DNA of 64,000 nucleotides from Perkinsus olseni (Eukaryota): NCBI GenBank assembly GCA_013115125.1, contig JABANN010000101.1, positions 1 to 64,000 of the forward strand, read 5' to 3'. Shown piece by piece: positions 59,099 to 64,000 of this stretch (position 1 is its first letter; each line of letters starts with the position of its first letter). The notes under the pieces were generated by a model. It saw only the letters and a program-made list of their open reading frames with translations, ran no database searches and was not told where the DNA came from. The position numbers and the translations under genes were made by a program.

Positions 59099-60010
59099 AT
59101 GCCAGTAGACCCAGAGTTCCTTCTTGGGCATGCAGCCGTCGAAAGACGTCGTGCGAGGAAGAGACGGTCCTATCGACGTCTCGCTTGGCGCTGCAGCTGC
59201 CTGGTTTTGGTGGCTCTAGCGGTTGTCTGTATTGGTGGCTTGGGTGCTGCAGTCACACAAGCACTACATGCCCACTATGTTGAGCTGGTGGACAAGAGGA
59301 ATGTCACTGCTTCTACCATACAGTACACGATAGACTACCCTTCCCAGGACAATATTCATCCAGGTCAGTGGATCAAGTACGAGGCGCCCTCTGAGCGAAC
59401 TCGAAACTATTCACCAGTTGCTACTGATGATGGGCAGGCAACTATGCTGGCTGTCAAGGTGCTCAGCGGTGTGTCACTGGAAATGGCTCAGGATGTTTGG
59501 CCTGGTTCCTTGATGCACATCTATGGTCCTCTGCCTCCTCTCCCTGCCATCCTCCGCAGCTTGGATACATCCGCCGCCAGAGTCGGCTTCTTCTGTTTTG
59601 GTGGTGCTATTACTGCCTGTGTGGACCCCATCAGGGCCCTTCTGAACCACGGCGCTGAGGTCCGTCTGCTATACTTCAACAAGGGACCCGAGCAAGTCTT
59701 ATTCCGGCGCCAACTTGATGGTTTGAAGGCCCTCTATCCAGAGAAGTATCGAGTCCACTACGTATACACCCGCCCTGGCGAGAAGGCTGACAGCCCTGGG
59801 GAGTGGACGGGTCGCTTAAACTCCGACATGGTCGCTGATATCTTCAGTGACTGGTACGACTTCCCTGCGCGTTTCGAGTCTGCAGGTAGTGCGAGCGCTA
59901 AGAGCCTCGCACGACAGCTTGTGTCTTCCGCCAATCACACAGGCCATTGGAAGGACAGAGTATATGATATGCCTTTGGGGGAATGGCTCGGGGAGACACT
60001 ATGGGAATGA
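59099..60010 (+). CDS. Membrane-anchored FNR-family (cytochrome b5 reductase-like) FAD/NAD(P) oxidoreductase, intronless
   Basis: N-terminal transmembrane segment (CLVLVALAVVCIGGLGAAV); PGQWI; RNYSPV (RxYS FAD motif); GVS; IYGP; FGGAIT (degenerate GGTGITP); LLYFNK; WTGRLN. Confidence 0.75.
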   Translation: MPVDPEFLLGHAAVERRRARKRRSYRRLAWRCSCLVLVALAVVCIGGLGAAVTQALHAHYVELVDKRNVTASTIQYTIDYPSQDNIHPGQWIKYEAPSERTRNYSPVATDDGQATMLAVKVLSGVSLEMAQDVWPGSLMHIYGPLPPLPAILRSLDTSAARVGFFCFGGAITACVDPIRALLNHGAEVRLLYFNKGPEQVLFRRQLDGLKALYPEKYRVHYVYTRPGEKADSPGEWTGRLNSDMVADIFSDWYDFPARFESAGSASAKSLARQLVSSANHTGHWKDRVYDMPLGEWLGETLWE

Positions 60011-60211
60011 CGCTATCAGTGATTCTATGCTACTCAATGATGGTTTTGCGTTATGGGACTAGTTCACATTCACCCGAATAGGTGGGCATTGCCGGTTGTT
60101 GTTTCGTGAGTTCAGTGTGCACTAGGCCGTAACTCAGAGACTTCCATCTACTTGAAAAAATCGAATCCACTAACATGTCAAAAACAGCCGTTGAACTGAA
60201 AGCGGGGGCCG

Positions 60212-61678
60212 TCACTCGATGGTCAGAATGTGATCGGCCGCAGTTAGTCTAGGCCAGGTGGTTACTGCGGTCTCCATGACTTTGCGGACCTTGGTGATCG
60301 CCTGAAACAAAGGCGGAGTTTCGTCAAGTTATCGGATTCACACACTCACCTTGGCGATGTCGTCCGACGTTATGTGACGGTGAGTTACCGCCCTTATCGC
60401 GGCTCCACGTTCAATACAAATCATCTTTACGGAGACATCATCACCGCTGGCGAGAGCTTCCACCAACTTGGCACATGTCACTCTATCTCCAACCTGCGGA
60501 TCATCATTCACAGAGATGATTCGCTTCGACAAGGGCCCACCTTCTTATGAATCCCCCACCTAACCATGTTAGAATCCACGGCCTCAACGTTACAGGCAAC
60601 ACCATCGATGCTGGCAAGGCCTTCCGCCAGCATCCTAGCGTGGTCGTGGTCCTCTGCCAATCTATCGACCATCTTATTGATGGCGATTCGTCCACAACAA
60701 GCCACCACCCCGACCTGTCTCATATTCCCTCCGAGTACCTGACAGTCTGGCGTCTTCTGGAACGTCGATCACAGCTGGATGACCTTGCGGAAACGATGGG
60801 CCAGAACCGCATCCGCCTCTGTTCGAGTGAGGAGCAGCGCCCCCAGTGGCGCCGAAAGGCCTTTAGATAAGCACAATGTAACCGAGTCGGCCTGCTCGGT
60901 CAACTCCTTAACAGAAATGCCTGAGTGAGCAAGTCCCGGGAGGCAATGGGGAGCCCACCTTCGAGTACCGAGTCTCACGGCAGCATTGAAGATTCGCGAC
61001 CCGTCTATGTGTAACTTGACGTCATATCTCTTGCAGAGAGCCCCCAGAGACTCCAAGTAGTCCTTCCCGAGAACCTAAAACGCACTGCTCGGATCGCCTC
61101 GGGAGACGCCCAAAGGTTTTACCCTGCCACCACACATGTTGTGTGTGTTTTCCACACAAACAGCCCTGGTGATCGGGTAGTGCGGCTCAAAGGGACGGAT
61201 GGCAAACTCGACGTCCTCCAGACGTAAAGTGCCGTCAGGCTGGTTAGGGACCGTTCTACAGTGAGCCCCGGCTATGGTCGAGTACCCACCCTGTTCGTAT
61301 CTGCTCACAGCGGCGATCACCTCACCTACTGCTGCTGCTGCGACTCACATGTGCATGTGGGCCTTGTCCCCGAGTATGATCTCGCTGCCCCTCTTCTCAC
61401 AATGGACCAGCATCGCCACCAAGTTGGACATGGTGGCCGTCGGCAGATACAATGCCGAGCGGAAACCGAACTTCTCAGCGGCCTCCTGTTGGAACGCATT
61501 CACCGTGGGGTCGAGGCCCCACACGTCGTCACCTGGCAGCAGCAGCAGCCGAACGCTTCTCCAGTACCGGACGGGAGCCTAGCTTACCACATTCCGCGTC
61601 TGCCATGGCACGCCTCATCTCGCTCGTTGGCTGAGTGAAGGTGTCGCTGCGTAACTCCACTGTAGGGGTATTAGACAT
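60212..61678 (-). CDS. GLY1: Low-specificity L-threonine aldolase (PLP-dependent), multi-exon
   Basis: ELRSDTFTQPT, GDDVWGLDPTV, PTATMSNL, VENTHNMCGG, LHIDGSRIFNAA, CLSKGLSAPLG (PLP Lys), GGNMRQVG and DHDHARMLA. Confidence 0.92.
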
Positions 61679-62722
61679 TCCGAAACAAGAGCCTGGCAGC
61701 TCTAGAACCGTGACTGGAGCGTGCCCACTGGAGATGAGGCTACACGAAAAGGGAGCACACATACAGAGAATTGTGGTTCATCTCGACCATGCAGGCCTAT
61801 CGGTTGCTACCAGGTGAAACGGCTAAGGGATGCGCAATGATACTCACGAATCCCTCTGTAGCGTGGTTGCTGGTATGCTGGTTGTACCTGCAATCTGGTG
61901 GAGTCTCCCGTGTATTTCCACTCGTGACGACAAAGGTACGATCGAACGATGACTCCTGAATGTGGATTCATTGGGTAACTCCGGCCCGCGAACACCAGGA
62001 TGGCAACTGAGGTTTCAAAGGGCTGCTACTTAACAATTCTTAGTCTACCTAAAGCCGACTCTTCGAAGCGCAGCTGATTCCGATGAGCGGGAAGTTCCCG
62101 CCGGGATCGCGGCCGAGAGGACGCTGCGCAGGCGTCCCTTGCGCATGTCTACGGCGTCACCTAATGATTGGACGAACGGAAGTGCGGCTGCTGTTGCACA
62201 GCCCAAACTCCATAGGGAGGGTTCCTCCAAGGAAGCCTTTCTACGGGATGTAGAGCGCAAGGAACTTCCTTCACTGGAACTCAATCTGTAATTATCATAG
62301 TGCTCCGCTGGCAGGAATGGACATAGCGGACTGAGCTACGCACAGGCGCAACGCATGTGCGTGGATCAGTCCTCAGCTACGGAATCACTCCCGAACCATC
62401 AAGTTGGGATTAGGACTGATGCCCTCGGGTTAGCACATACCGCACCGCAGGAGAGCGAAAAAGACGGAGAAATATCTGAGAAACTCCTGAGATCGGGGAA
62501 TGCTGTGAAACAACAGCGTCATGGTAAGAGGAGACATGCAGACGGAAGTGCCATGGTCACCATGGCATGGTGACACCGTCAGCGAGTGCGTTTCGACCAT
62601 CGTTCATGATGAACGGTTCATCCATTGTTAACCTCAACACTCAGCGCAACAATAGCTGTTCTGCATTCGCATCACCGAATGGCTACGACGGACACCAAGC
62701 AGGCGGTCCTGCAGTCATGCGG

Positions 62723-64000
62723 TCATGCATACAGGTCGAGGGCATCTTCTCCTGGAGCAGCGAGCACCCTAGCAGGAAGGGAGTGAAAAGGGGCGACGTT
62801 ATTGCAAGGAGCTGCTCACTCGGCCATGAAGGCATCAGGATCCACGGCACTAGGTCTAATCTTCTTCTGCTGTTCCTTCTGATAGTAGTACGCTGCTCCA
62901 GCAAAGAGGAAGAACACCAGCACCGCCCCGAGGATGAGCTGGGAGAAAGTAGGTATCGTCGCCGCTGCTGCTGTTAGTGGGAACTCACCATGACTGGTGA
63001 CTTCTTCTCGACGACCATGTTTCGGACACCGTCCATGGCCGCATCGGGCCCGCTGTCCTGTTCCGGGATAACCGGATCGCCACTGAAGTCTATGATAGCC
63101 TCCCGCTCGAGTATCCTACAGAACGGGAAACAACCTCACAGATGAAAGGACATTCGAAGTGGCACTCACCTGTCCGCGTCAGTGACCTTAGTCTCGCAAC
63201 GGGCTCCCTGGTACCCCGGGGCGCAGAGGCAATCACACGTCGAGGTCATCAGAGTGCCGCCATTGAGACAGTCTGCGTCTTTCAGTCTAAGACATCATCA
63301 CAATACCCCGGCCACAGTCCTCGCAAGAGGGTAGCTCCTACAAGCAGCAGCTGCCCATCTGGCAGGCTTCCTGCATTTCATCGCCGCCTCCAGCGGGGCA
63401 CTGCTTCCCCCCGTTACGAGGCATGGTTGATATACTGAAGTATCGTCGCCTCTGGCAATCCGATTGGCACTTGCTCCATGGGCCCCACTCGCCCTGATGC
63501 GTGATCGCTGCGGATAGATTCTCACGGGGGTAGGTAGACTTACGACGCAGTCGATGCTCCCTGAGGACAATTCGCACGCGGGTTCCCCTGCAGCTCGATT
63601 GACGTCCGACCAAGTCCCGGCTCGACACGAACAGAAGCCTGTCCGACGGTCACACTGACCCGCTGGGCAGCCTGAGTTGGCGAGTGACGGCCACGATCTG
63701 GGTGCGGAGGGCGCACCTTCACAGGGGTCCCGAGTGCAGTACACCCCATTGAGTGGGCCATTGTCTGGTCCTTCATTAGTCCAGCCATTGACGCAACGAC
63801 AACCGTCGCCCACGCAGTTCCCATGCCCGTTACACCGACTCTGAAGTGAGAAGGAATGGCAGGTCCGATTGGGGCGAAGGAATGCCGCGCTGACCTCAGA
63901 GCAATCGGTCTTCTCGAGCTCACAGTTGTCGCCAGAGAAGATGCCCTCGCAGACGCAGGAACCAGTAGCTGGATCGCAGGTCCCTCGACCGTTGCAGTCC
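62723..64000 (-). CDS. 3' part of an EGF-repeat plus thrombospondin type 1 single-pass membrane protein (5' end lies beyond the window)
   Basis: EGF units CNGRGTCDPATGSCVCEGIFSGDNC, CNGHGNC...CRCVNGW and CLNGG...CLCAPGYQGARC. TSP1: GEWGPWSKCQSDCQRRRYF...NGGKQCP. TM: MLILGAVLVFFLFAGAAYYY. Short tail ending GEDALDLYA*. Confidence 0.8.

Overview
Gene-dense eukaryotic (alveolate-type) genomic DNA with many very short GT-AG introns of about 45-70 nt. Intron style and gene content point to a Perkinsus-like perkinsid; this is an inference, not something the sequence proves. About 20 protein-coding genes lie in alternating same-strand blocks: a nucleotide-sugar transporter, a PPPDE-FHA fusion, a CCR4/nocturnin-like EEP enzyme, a polycystin-2-like channel, a CCHC zinc-knuckle protein, PP2A catalytic subunit, two tandem P4-ATPase flippases, an intronless secreted WD40/Cys-rich protein, enoyl-CoA hydratase (with a MULE-transposase relic in its last intron), BCKDH E1-beta, an F-box-Yippee fusion, a DNAJB13-like J protein, a 2xRRM protein, an FNR-family reductase, threonine aldolase and an EGF/TSP1 transmembrane adhesin. 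The standout is a tandem pair of paralogous genes (39582-44972 and 45108-50866, minus strand). After manual splicing, each encodes an N-terminal helical/coiled-coil leader plus eight group-I truncated (2/2) haemoglobin domains. The domains alternate strictly between a Lys(E10) type and a Gln(E11) type, and all 16 proximal histidines are intact. Other notable items: patchy gene conversion between the flippases, and a tRNA-like fragment inside their homologous intron. All spliced gene models were assembled by eye, so exon boundaries need RNA-seq confirmation.
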